This document shows, one piece after another, positions 6,911 to 13,530 of a DNA stretch of 13,722 nucleotides. The notes beneath the pieces were generated by a model. That model made no database searches and was not told where the DNA came from. It saw nothing but the letters and a program-made list of their open reading frames with translations. How positions within the stretch are numbered: the first letter of the stretch is position 1; each line of letters starts with the position of its first letter. The stretch spans positions 1 through 13,722 of IMG/VR virus record IMGVR_UViG_2778261570_000018; one strand, written 5' to 3'. This DNA comes from a virus. Taxonomy: Duplodnaviria > Heunggongvirae > Uroviricota > Caudoviricetes. Both the position numbers and the translations under genes were made by a program.

Positions 6911-7270
6911 ATGAACATTAAACCCATCCGTACAGAACAAGATTATGAGGCCGCACTGCGTGCGGTCGAACCGATGTTCGATAACGAACCGGAAATGAAT
7001 ACTCCGGAAGGTGATTTCTTTGAGGTTATGAGTCTTCTCATTGAGGAGTACGAGAAAAAACATTACCCAATTGAGCCACCATCACCTATTGAGGCCATTA
7101 AATTCCGTATGGAACAGCAAGGGCTGACCGTGAAGGATCTGGAACCGGCAATTGGTAAGTCAAACCGTGTTTACGAAGTGCTTAATGGGACACGAAATTT
7201 GACGTTACCTATGATTCGTCGTTTACATGCCCAGTTTGGTATTCCACTGGAAAGCCTGGTTGGCGTTTGA
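6911..7270 (+). CDS. Orphan HigA(YgjM)/COG5499-type HTH antitoxin-like regulator
   Basis: 119 aa. The N-terminal domain is MNIKPIRTEQDYEAALRAVEPMFDNEPEMNTPEGDFFEVMSLLIEEYEKKHYPI. The C-terminal HTH is IEAIKFRMEQQGLTVKDLEPAIGKSNRVYEVLNGTRNLTLPMIRRLHAQFGIPLESLV. This is the same architecture as E. coli HigA (YgjM) as I recall it. No partner toxin of the matching family is adjacent. Confidence 0.75.
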   Translation: MNIKPIRTEQDYEAALRAVEPMFDNEPEMNTPEGDFFEVMSLLIEEYEKKHYPIEPPSPIEAIKFRMEQQGLTVKDLEPAIGKSNRVYEVLNGTRNLTLPMIRRLHAQFGIPLESLVGV

Positions 7271-7275
7271 GTTTT

Positions 7276-7300
7276 GCGGTCTGGATGACCGCTGTTTTTA
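7276..7300 (+). terminator. Intrinsic terminator after the orphan HTH gene
   Basis: GCGGTC (7276-7281) / loop TGGAT / GACCGC (7287-7292), followed by TGTTTTTA. Confidence 0.65.
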
Positions 7301-7333
7301 TAAAAAATAGATACTAGAAATTTGGTAGCATAT

Positions 7334-8113
7334 ATGAGTACAGATTCATCAGTAAAGAAGACATCTGAATCAGATAAAGAAAATGAGTCCGTTGTTGATT
7401 CCGTCAAGAATACAATGGAATATGTTATAAAAGACAAAGTATTTAATAAGCTTTTTGCATATATTTTTATATCTTTTCTGGTTGTTAACTGGAGAGATAT
7501 ATTAATTTTGTTCAAATCAAAAGAAGATGTTCTATATACTCTGTCAATAGTTTTTACCGGTGAAAAAATACAATTTCTTGATGGCGAGATTTTACCTCCT
7601 TGGTTTGCCCACTTTTTCTTGCCGTTTTTCTATGGTGTGATTGCGTCGATTGTGGCACCAGTAATTACACTTGCGGTATCTTGCATTACAACTAAGGTGT
7701 ACTATAAAATAAAAATTTTGGACAATAAAACAGACGAAAACGAGAAAGAGAAATTAGCAAAAAGAGCCAAGAAAAGAGCTGAGCGTGAAATAGAGGCTAG
7801 CTATAGCCAACAAAAGCTGGATGAAAGAAAAAAAGAACTGGAAGACATTTTAAACAAAATAGAAGATGAAAAAGAAAAATATGATAAAATGAAAGAAAGG
7901 TTTGATGATGCCATAACGCTTACATATAAAAATATTCACATTTTGCCTACTCTGTATGAGAATAGGAAATGTAAAATTGAAACTCCGCAGGATTTATATG
8001 ATTTTATTGCAGCAATAAAGAAAACATCATTCTATAGTACTGATTTTAATGAATTGTTCTCTGATATTTCTCGATTGTATTCTGAAATGCAAACTGATTT
8101 ATCAGAAAAGTGA
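7334..8113 (+). CDS. Hypothetical membrane-anchored coiled-coil protein (about 259 aa), no recognised family
   Basis: Uninterrupted ORF in very AT-rich DNA. ATG 7334 is preferred; the track start at 7322 is a TTG. It has hydrophobic segments LFAYIFISFLVVNWRDILILF and WFAHFFLPFFYGVIASIVAPVITLAVSCI. These are followed by a K/E/R-rich heptad-like stretch (KEKLAKRAKKRAEREIEASYSQQKLDERKKELEDILNKIEDEKEKYDKMKERF) and a ~65-aa C-terminal region. Confidence 0.6.
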   Translation: MSTDSSVKKTSESDKENESVVDSVKNTMEYVIKDKVFNKLFAYIFISFLVVNWRDILILFKSKEDVLYTLSIVFTGEKIQFLDGEILPPWFAHFFLPFFYGVIASIVAPVITLAVSCITTKVYYKIKILDNKTDENEKEKLAKRAKKRAEREIEASYSQQKLDERKKELEDILNKIEDEKEKYDKMKERFDDAITLTYKNIHILPTLYENRKCKIETPQDLYDFIAAIKKTSFYSTDFNELFSDISRLYSEMQTDLSEK

Positions 8114-8114
8114 A

Positions 8115-8137
8115 AGCCTGGCATAGACCACCAGGCT
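8115..8137. terminator. Hairpin shared by convergent genes 7334-8113 (+) and 8149-9342 (-)
   Basis: AGCCTGG (8115-8121) / 9-nt loop / CCAGGCT (8131-8137). T-rich sequence follows on the minus strand (TTCACTTTTCT) and more weakly on the plus strand. Confidence 0.5.
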
Positions 8138-8148
8138 ATATGTGTGGT

Positions 8149-9342
8149 TTATGCTTTTTTTACATACGCCATAAACATTTTTTCAGCATGTTCTTGTGGC
8201 GTTCCTGCCATGACAAGCGCATCAATGAACGCCTGCTTCTTCAGTGCGAACTGATCGGCCAGGCGTTGCTGAAGCTCCTTGTTTTTCTGTTTCTCACGTT
8301 GCAACGCCGCTTCTTTTGCTGCCGCCCGTTTTTTCTGTGCGTCTGACAACTTTCTGGCCTTGGTCAGTTGGTCACGTAGCTTGTCAATCTTGCCGTTGTC
8401 CTTTGCCAGTTTTGTGCTTAAAGCGGCCTGGCGCTTCTGATAGAGCCTCCATTCTCGCTTGGCAGCGTCAACGTTCGTTTTACTGCTACGATTGCGATTA
8501 AACTCCTTCTCGTCTTCTTTTGAGAAGTGTTTGGTTGTACGGCGGCGATCGTCACCAAATGCAATTTGCGTTGCAGCCTTTTGTAGCGCACGAGCAATAC
8601 TCATTTGCCAACTGGCGGACTGTAACCGCGTCATTGAGTGGATCACGTGTTTACAGGCGACGCCTTGCAGCTTCGGGTTGCGAACTTTTGGATAGGCGTA
8701 TTCTTTTGGCGGTGCCAGGGCAAAGTTACCCGCAGTGGCGATGTAACGATACCAGTATTGATGACGACCACAGTCACAATCGAAAGACACTCGCCCGGCG
8801 CACAGTGATTTAGTGATTTTGAGAGCTGATTTATCGTCTTCTGCGATGTCATCAACCATCTGATCCCATTCTTCAAAGCGTATCCGGACGATATGGTGCT
8901 GGTGGACGGATATATCCGATGCTTCTACGCGGATATTAATCACATTGTGGCGAAGAGATACGGGTGTAGCTCTTTTGATACCAGATCCGTCATCCACGGC
9001 GTTATTTGCACGCTTAATATCGATAGCCTGGCTGGATGCCACCAGCTGGGCGTATGTGATGCCAGCCGTCTTGCTGTCATATTTTTCGCGCGTTTTACTC
9101 CGTAGCTTTTCGAAGCCTTTCAGATCGTCTCGCGTAAAGAACGTGCCGCCTTTTTTCTTCCCTAACTTGAGAATATCTTCGACGGATTTGTTCCTAAGTC
9201 TGCCTGGCGTCAGCGTCCGGTGAGCTTGTCGGCGCTTACGGGTTTGTTCTTTCCTGATAAGGTCGAATAAACGCGTGAAGTCCTTAGAGGACAGACCGTC
9301 AGTGATATAGCGCCCGTCCTGGTTTTTCAGGAAATCAGGCAT
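8149..9342 (-). CDS. Phage-associated protein with SWIM-like CxC...CxH zinc-finger motif and lysine-rich coiled-coil C-terminus (397 aa)
   Basis: FDCDCGRHQYW...(38 residues)...GVACKHVIH resembles a SWIM finger with an expanded linker. The C-terminal ~110 aa are K/R/Q/A-rich heptad-like. GGAG SD lies 7 nt upstream, and there is an 8-nt overlap (ATGCCTGA) with the upstream gene. Confidence 0.5.
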   Translation of the reverse strand: MPDFLKNQDGRYITDGLSSKDFTRLFDLIRKEQTRKRRQAHRTLTPGRLRNKSVEDILKLGKKKGGTFFTRDDLKGFEKLRSKTREKYDSKTAGITYAQLVASSQAIDIKRANNAVDDGSGIKRATPVSLRHNVINIRVEASDISVHQHHIVRIRFEEWDQMVDDIAEDDKSALKITKSLCAGRVSFDCDCGRHQYWYRYIATAGNFALAPPKEYAYPKVRNPKLQGVACKHVIHSMTRLQSASWQMSIARALQKAATQIAFGDDRRRTTKHFSKEDEKEFNRNRSSKTNVDAAKREWRLYQKRQAALSTKLAKDNGKIDKLRDQLTKARKLSDAQKKRAAAKEAALQREKQKNKELQQRLADQFALKKQAFIDALVMAGTPQEHAEKMFMAYVKKA

Positions 9343-9664
9343 TTTCTATCTCCGGTTCCGCGCTCGCGTAATCACGGATCTTGTTCCTCAGCCATGCCAC
9401 ATCAGGAAGAGTTAACGTGGTCCCGGCGGGCATTTCTTCCATTTCTGACTCATGGCCCACCAGCACCCGGAATACCCAGCGCAAATCTGCATTGCCATAC
9501 GCCCTGTAGGCTGCAAGGTCTGAACGATATACTTCATCAATCTTTATCGTGTACTGGAAATTATCAGAGTGATACTCCGATACCCGCTTAATCATTTCCT
9601 GGTGAAACAGCGCACGAAAAATATCGTCTTCAATGTACCTATCGTCGAGTCTGCTATAGCCCAT
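9335..9664 (-). CDS. Hypothetical protein (109 aa), coupled to the SWIM-like gene
   Basis: ORF with a GAGGGG SD 7 nt upstream of ATG 9664. It overlaps the start of the downstream gene. I recognise no motifs. Confidence 0.55.
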   Translation of the reverse strand: MGYSRLDDRYIEDDIFRALFHQEMIKRVSEYHSDNFQYTIKIDEVYRSDLAAYRAYGNADLRWVFRVLVGHESEMEEMPAGTTLTLPDVAWLRNKIRDYASAEPEIENA

Positions 9665-9726
9665 AACAAAGCCCCTCAGTCATAACCTGGGGGAAACTGT
9701 ATGTAGGGTGTGAAATGCGAGAAAGC

Positions 9727-9750
9727 AGCGTCACCGGGCCTGGTGACGCT
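9727..9750 (-). terminator. Hairpin/terminator after higBA-2
   Basis: AGCGTCACC (9727-9735) / loop GGGCCT / GGTGACGCT (9742-9750), a 9-bp stem. On the minus strand it is followed by GCTTTCTCGCATTTC (moderately U-rich). Confidence 0.5.
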
Positions 9751-9756
9751 GTGAAG

Positions 9757-10038
9757 TTATGCGTGGAAAAATAATGGACGGATGTTTGGGCGAGCGGTTT
9801 GCGAAGCAACCCAAAGCTCATACTGAGATTGCATACCGGTCCACATTTCGGCACTGGTTCCAAGAGCGGACTCCAGACGAAGTGCCATATCAGCAGAAAT
9901 GCCTGCTTTTTCGTTCAGAATTCGGGAAAGTGCCGTGCGAGTAATGCCTAATGCAGCAGCGGCGTCTGTGACTGACATGTCTCCCAAATATTCACGAAGA
10001 ACCGCGCCAGGATGCGCGGGATTATGCATACGACTCAT
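9757..10038 (-). CDS. higA: HigA-family (VapI/XRE HTH) antitoxin, second copy
   Basis: [76 protein letters not shown] is the canonical HigA/VapI pattern. ATG 10038 has an AGGA SD 5 nt upstream. The track start at 10050 is a TTG overlapping the toxin stop. Confidence 0.85.
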   Translation of the reverse strand: MSRMHNPAHPGAVLREYLGDMSVTDAAAALGITRTALSRILNEKAGISADMALRLESALGTSAEMWTGMQSQYELWVASQTARPNIRPLFFHA

Positions 10039-10046
10039 AGTGTTCC

Positions 10047-10328
10047 TCAATGATAATCCTGATAGTCAACTAGAATTGCGTCTTCTCCTTCAAATCGGAA
10101 GGTAAGTCGCCAGTTACCGTTTACCGATATTGCCCAGTGACCTTTAAGGTCCGCCCCCTTTAGAGGGTGCAATTCCCATCCAGGCGCAGACATATCGTCC
10201 GGGCGTTTAGCTGTATTAAGAGCAGTCAATTGAATGCGTAGCTTAACCGCATGTTTGGCCTGAATGCCTGCGGTTGAACCTGTCTTGAAAAAGCGTTCAA
10301 GCCCTTTATGGCGAAATGACTTAATCAA
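10047..10328 (-). CDS. higB: HigB-family type II toxin, second copy
   Basis: (L/M)[39 protein letters not shown]...[40 protein letters not shown] matches the HigB 'killer protein' pattern, which normally begins MIKSF. I therefore place the start at TTG 10328 (GGATGGA upstream) rather than at the track start 10391, which lies in the promoter. Confidence 0.8.
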   Translation of the reverse strand: MIKSFRHKGLERFFKTGSTAGIQAKHAVKLRIQLTALNTAKRPDDMSAPGWELHPLKGADLKGHWAISVNGNWRLTFRFEGEDAILVDYQDYH

Positions 10329-10354
10329 AATAATTCCATCCGTGCGCGTAACCT

Positions 10355-10391
10355 GTGTATATACACTACACGCAGAGGGAGCGAAATGCAA
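10355..10391 (-). promoter_or_regulatory. Candidate higBA-2 promoter with perfect 12-bp palindromic operator
   Basis: Minus strand: TTGCAT (10391-10386), 17-nt spacer, TAGTGT (10368-10363). The perfect palindrome GTGTATATACAC (10355-10366) overlaps the -10 hexamer. Confidence 0.5.
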
Positions 10392-10529
10392 GCACTATCC
10401 GTATAGACAGAGTTTCTTCGCCGCCCTGGAATTTATTGACTGTCAACAAGTGACTTTCATTAATCTTAAGGCATGGACCAGCTCGATAGTGAGCTGGGTG
10501 TTATTTACCGATCGAATGGATTCGAAAAG

Positions 10530-10664
10530 ATGAATATTTTTAATAAGCTGATTGATTTATTGAATAAATTCATTAGTGCTTCTTTAACTCAGCAGGTATC
10601 CACGTCAGTGTTTTTGTTACTCTTCTACCTGGTATTGAGGGAGTTAACAAAGCTACTAATGTGA
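10530..10664 (+). CDS. Possible small hydrophobic peptide (44 aa; 63 aa if started at 10473)
   Basis: MNIFNKLIDLLNKFISASLTQQVSTSVFLLLFYLVLRELTKLLM has a C-terminal hydrophobic helix. The DNA is AT-rich, the SD is weak, and the stop abuts the stop of the convergent 217-aa gene. It could be a chance ORF. Confidence 0.2.
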   Translation: MNIFNKLIDLLNKFISASLTQQVSTSVFLLLFYLVLRELTKLLM

Positions 10665-11318
10665 TCAAAGTATCACGGTATCTTCATCAACTTCTTTCCC
10701 AGCCAGTGACTTTGGCTGGGAACTGCCTGCTTTAACTTTTTCATGCCCAATAATGGAAAGGAACGAAGTGAGTATGCCTGTTTTTTGCTCTTTCTCGACT
10801 GTACCGGTCATCTGCTCTACGTAATCCGCACTGGCAACGTTGTGGTATACGGTCGCGTAGCAACACAGGATCATCAGAATATGCTCCGGCCTGATATCCT
10901 GCCAGTTCACCCTGTAGACTTCTTCTCCGTTACCGTTGTATTCGGTATCAACGATAGAGTCGGGGATTTCGAAAGCACCTTTGTTATTTTGCGGCAGGGA
11001 TAATAGCTTCTGGAGTTTTAACTCTCTGTATCTTTCCATCCCGACGATGATTGCTGCTCTGCCATCGGCATGACGGGTCTTGAGAGTCACCTGGCTTGCT
11101 CCGGTGCCAGCGGAGATCGTTGGCGTAATTTCGTCTACCAGTACCTTAAATTTGCTTTTCCGCAGGGCTGCTATAGCTGGAGGAATTTTTTGCTTTTGCT
11201 CCAATGCTGACGCGGGAAGGGGTTTTACTTCGTTAATAATGAGAGCACCGTCTTTCAGTATTGCAGTGAGCATTTGAGGCTTGCTGGTGGTCAGGCTGAA
11301 TATTGCGATCTTTTCCAT
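10665..11318 (-). CDS. Hypothetical phage-associated protein (217 aa)
   Basis: Start set at ATG 11318 (MEKIAIFSL...), with GGAGAAAGGA immediately upstream. The track start at 11360 lies inside the upstream terminator. I recognise no motifs. Confidence 0.6.
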   Translation of the reverse strand: MEKIAIFSLTTSKPQMLTAILKDGALIINEVKPLPASALEQKQKIPPAIAALRKSKFKVLVDEITPTISAGTGASQVTLKTRHADGRAAIIVGMERYRELKLQKLLSLPQNNKGAFEIPDSIVDTEYNGNGEEVYRVNWQDIRPEHILMILCCYATVYHNVASADYVEQMTGTVEKEQKTGILTSFLSIIGHEKVKAGSSQPKSLAGKEVDEDTVIL

Positions 11319-11344
11319 TGTCCTTTCTCCACGGATGACGGATA

Positions 11345-11370
11345 CAAAAAAAGGCCGCACATGGCGGCCT
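11345..11370 (-). terminator. Intrinsic terminator reading on the minus strand, directly upstream of the 217-aa gene
   Basis: GGCCGC (11353-11358) / loop ACATG / GCGGCC (11364-11369). On the minus strand it is followed by seven U (A-run 11346-11352 on plus). Confidence 0.7.
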
Positions 11371-11392
11371 GCTTTGGCGTTATGACTCCCTA

Positions 11393-11450
11393 CCGCGCTT
11401 CGGCTGAAAGTTAATCGTCAAAAGAACCTTCAACGGGAGCCGTTAGCGCG
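11393..11450. repeat. Imperfect long-range inverted repeat (13-nt arms, 32-nt spacer)
   Basis: CCGCGCTTCGGCT (11393-11405) against AGCCGTTAGCGCG (11438-11450). The CGCGCT/AGCGCG and CGGCT/AGCCG blocks pair, with a 2-nt internal mismatch. Confidence 0.5.
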
Positions 11451-11586
11451 ATGGATTATGTGCAGTTTGTGATTTCCAAAATAGTGTCAACTACTTTTTG
11501 TGGATTTTATTTTTTGTCCGAAATTTGGCCTAAATCATGTTGATTTGGCTGATTATTTTTATAACATAAAACTTCATTTTGTTTAC

Positions 11587-12216
11587 ATGAAGGACGGTGT
11601 AGTGAAGTTAAGGGTTTTAGGGACCGCGCTCGCGGCTATGTTGGGATGCGTATCTGTTAATACTGCCAATGCAACTGCGTTACCTGCAAAGTATTGGGCT
11701 GGTGTGAAAGTGTTGCGGAACGCTGAAAAAGGCAATACAGCTGATGATATTTTCAAGTTTTGCCAAAAAGAAAATATCCCTCTGCACCCGGTTGAGCCGT
11801 ACTTTACAGGAAAGAATGATTTCTGTGTGTTTGCGTATACCGCAGACCAAACAGATAAGGCTATACGCAAGACAGGGTATTCTACTCAAGACACTATGGC
11901 GTCCTTAAGTAAAAACTGGTTGCAGTTTGAGGTTTACCGTAGTGAAGGAATGGGAGAGCTATTGCAGCCACTGTATATGCTGGCGTTAGTTCCGGAAGGG
12001 CAGCAGTTCCTTATTCGAAAAGGAATGCTTCGGAAAAGCGATGTAACCGGATTCAATAACACGATGGAGCTTGAACGCTCAATGAAGCAAAAGCAAGCGC
12101 CTAAGCAGCCAACAGCCGAATGTATTAGCAGCGAGATACAAAAGGCATTAAGCGAGCAGCCTTACATTGATCGTGGTGTGGCGGAAATGGCTGCCAAAAT
12201 GAAGTGTTCCAATTAA
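11587..12216 (+). CDS. Secreted protein or lipoprotein of unknown function (about 209 aa)
   Basis: Signal peptide (M)KLRVLGTALAAMLGCVSVNTANA, with a possible lipobox MLGC or SPase I site ANA-T. Start is ATG 11587 or GTG 11602 (AAGGA 7 nt upstream). The track start GTG 11500 adds an implausible AT-rich leader. Confidence 0.6.
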   Translation: MKDGVVKLRVLGTALAAMLGCVSVNTANATALPAKYWAGVKVLRNAEKGNTADDIFKFCQKENIPLHPVEPYFTGKNDFCVFAYTADQTDKAIRKTGYSTQDTMASLSKNWLQFEVYRSEGMGELLQPLYMLALVPEGQQFLIRKGMLRKSDVTGFNNTMELERSMKQKQAPKQPTAECISSEIQKALSEQPYIDRGVAEMAAKMKCSN

Positions 12217-12259
12217 CGTCAAATAGAATAACAAGATAGTAAATTTTGGAGTTAATGAA

Positions 12260-13081
12260 ATGTTCTTTATGAAAAATGGAAAAAGATTTTCCGCAACAAT
12301 GCTTGCTACTATTGTCGCTCTTTTCGTTCCCACATTCACCTTTGCTTATGATTTTAGCAAAATTGACTGCAATGCCCCTAAAACCAGGCAGATGTTAATC
12401 GATGATTATAATGAACTACTCAAGGACGATCAGGAAGCAATCACTGTAATTGATGCTTATAATCAGATTAATGAAATAAGCGAAAAAAGTAAGCTCCAAT
12501 GTTTAGGCACGTATGAGTTCTCAGATGGAAGTGCGCTTAGAGTTAGATATAAGTTATATTTAAATAGCCTCGGCACACCCATATATGAATTTGCTCCAGT
12601 TGAGGAATTAACGCAGGATGATGTAAGCGCATCTATTCAAAATATCCCTGCAACCACAGCGAGTAGGACTGGGGGGAATGAAGAAACGTATGCCTGCAAG
12701 GTGGCTGTAACTTACAAGGGGGAGCGTTCTAACTATATGGGGGATTCCGGAACATGGGATCGTGTGATTACTGACTATGGCACTTATTTTTCATGGGATT
12801 TACCACGCGGAAACCGAGGCAACAGCACAGGTCAGGATGCTTTTAGTGGCATGGACGAATCAAAGCCTGTATTAGAAAATCAGCTAGTGAGAAAGGAAAC
12901 TGAAAAAGATGGTAGCGTGGTTGATGAGTTTAGGACAGAAGTGAGTTATGGAGATAAACAACCGGTACATAAGTTTGTATATGCCCGTAGAATAAAACCT
13001 ACAGGAACGAGAGAATATTATGTCACTGATTTGACGGACAAGCGGGCATTTATGTTTCTGAATTGCCAGCAAGATTCGTAA
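12260..13081 (+). CDS. Secreted protein of unknown function (273 aa)
   Basis: GGAG lies 8 nt upstream of ATG 12260. Signal peptide MFFMKNGKRFSATMLATIVALFVPTFTFA-YD. I recognise no family. Confidence 0.6.
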   Translation: MFFMKNGKRFSATMLATIVALFVPTFTFAYDFSKIDCNAPKTRQMLIDDYNELLKDDQEAITVIDAYNQINEISEKSKLQCLGTYEFSDGSALRVRYKLYLNSLGTPIYEFAPVEELTQDDVSASIQNIPATTASRTGGNEETYACKVAVTYKGERSNYMGDSGTWDRVITDYGTYFSWDLPRGNRGNSTGQDAFSGMDESKPVLENQLVRKETEKDGSVVDEFRTEVSYGDKQPVHKFVYARRIKPTGTREYYVTDLTDKRAFMFLNCQQDS

Positions 13082-13086
13082 TTGAT

Positions 13087-13117
13087 AAAGCAGGCTTAAC
13101 GACTAAGCCTGCTTTTT
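13087..13117. terminator. Strong intrinsic terminator between convergent genes
   Basis: 12-bp stem AAAGCAGGCTTA (13087-13098) / loop ACGAC / TAAGCCTGCTTT (13104-13115), with the T-run continuing to 13117. Confidence 0.8.
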
Positions 13118-13122
13118 GAATT

Positions 13123-13473
13123 TTACTCGGTAATAGTTTTGCAGTTGTTTTGGTTTAAGACCAATCCAAGTTTGCTGGCGGCCAACTCATTTTCTGTGTG
13201 AGAGCCAGCAAATACAAATCCTTGTTTTATCTTATTTACGGTGAAATATTTATTGTATATAAATGCCCAGACAAGTGAAGCTACCCAAGGACCAATTCCT
13301 GCAGTGAGGAATGCCAGGATTAGCATCACAACGAACACCCCGATGAAAGTTATAAAGTCTTTCCTGAACAAAGCCGGGAAGGCACCAAAAAAGAACGTAG
13401 TCCAGGAGAATCCATAAAAGCCTGAGATGGACTCGCCTGTCCGAGGATTTTCTAAGTTAATTTTAGTAGCCAA
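13123..13473 (-). CDS. Small inner-membrane protein (116 aa, two hydrophobic helices; DUF2628-like impression)
   Basis: GFYGFSWTTFFFGAFPALFRKDFITFIGVFVVMLILAFLTAGIGPWVASLVWAFIY. TTG start at 13473 has an AAGGA SD 9 nt upstream. The family call is only an impression. Confidence 0.55.
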   Translation of the reverse strand: MATKINLENPRTGESISGFYGFSWTTFFFGAFPALFRKDFITFIGVFVVMLILAFLTAGIGPWVASLVWAFIYNKYFTVNKIKQGFVFAGSHTENELAASKLGLVLNQNNCKTITE

Positions 13474-13530
13474 AGTTATTCATCCTTTAACGTAAAAAAA
13501 CAAATAATTATAAAGCTGTGTGAGTGTGCT

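Noticed and set aside
7171-7515. 114-aa minus-strand ORF spanning the end of the orphan HTH gene, its terminator and the start of the coiled-coil gene
   Set aside because: It crosses an intrinsic terminator and two better-supported genes. AT-rich DNA readily gives such open frames.
8110-9223. Seven plus- or minus-strand ORFs of 70-97 aa inside 8149-9342
   Set aside because: They are nested within the 397-aa ORF, which has a good SD, coupling to the upstream gene and a Zn-finger-like motif. Their compositions are Cys/Arg/Leu-rich shadow-frame compositions.
10436-10446. TTGACTGTCAA as back-to-back -35 boxes of two divergent promoters
   Set aside because: The minus-strand TTGACA has no acceptable -10 hexamer at 16-18 nt. 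The higB-2 promoter is better explained by TTGCAT-N17-TAGTGT closer to the gene. The plus-strand reading is kept only as a weak possibility.
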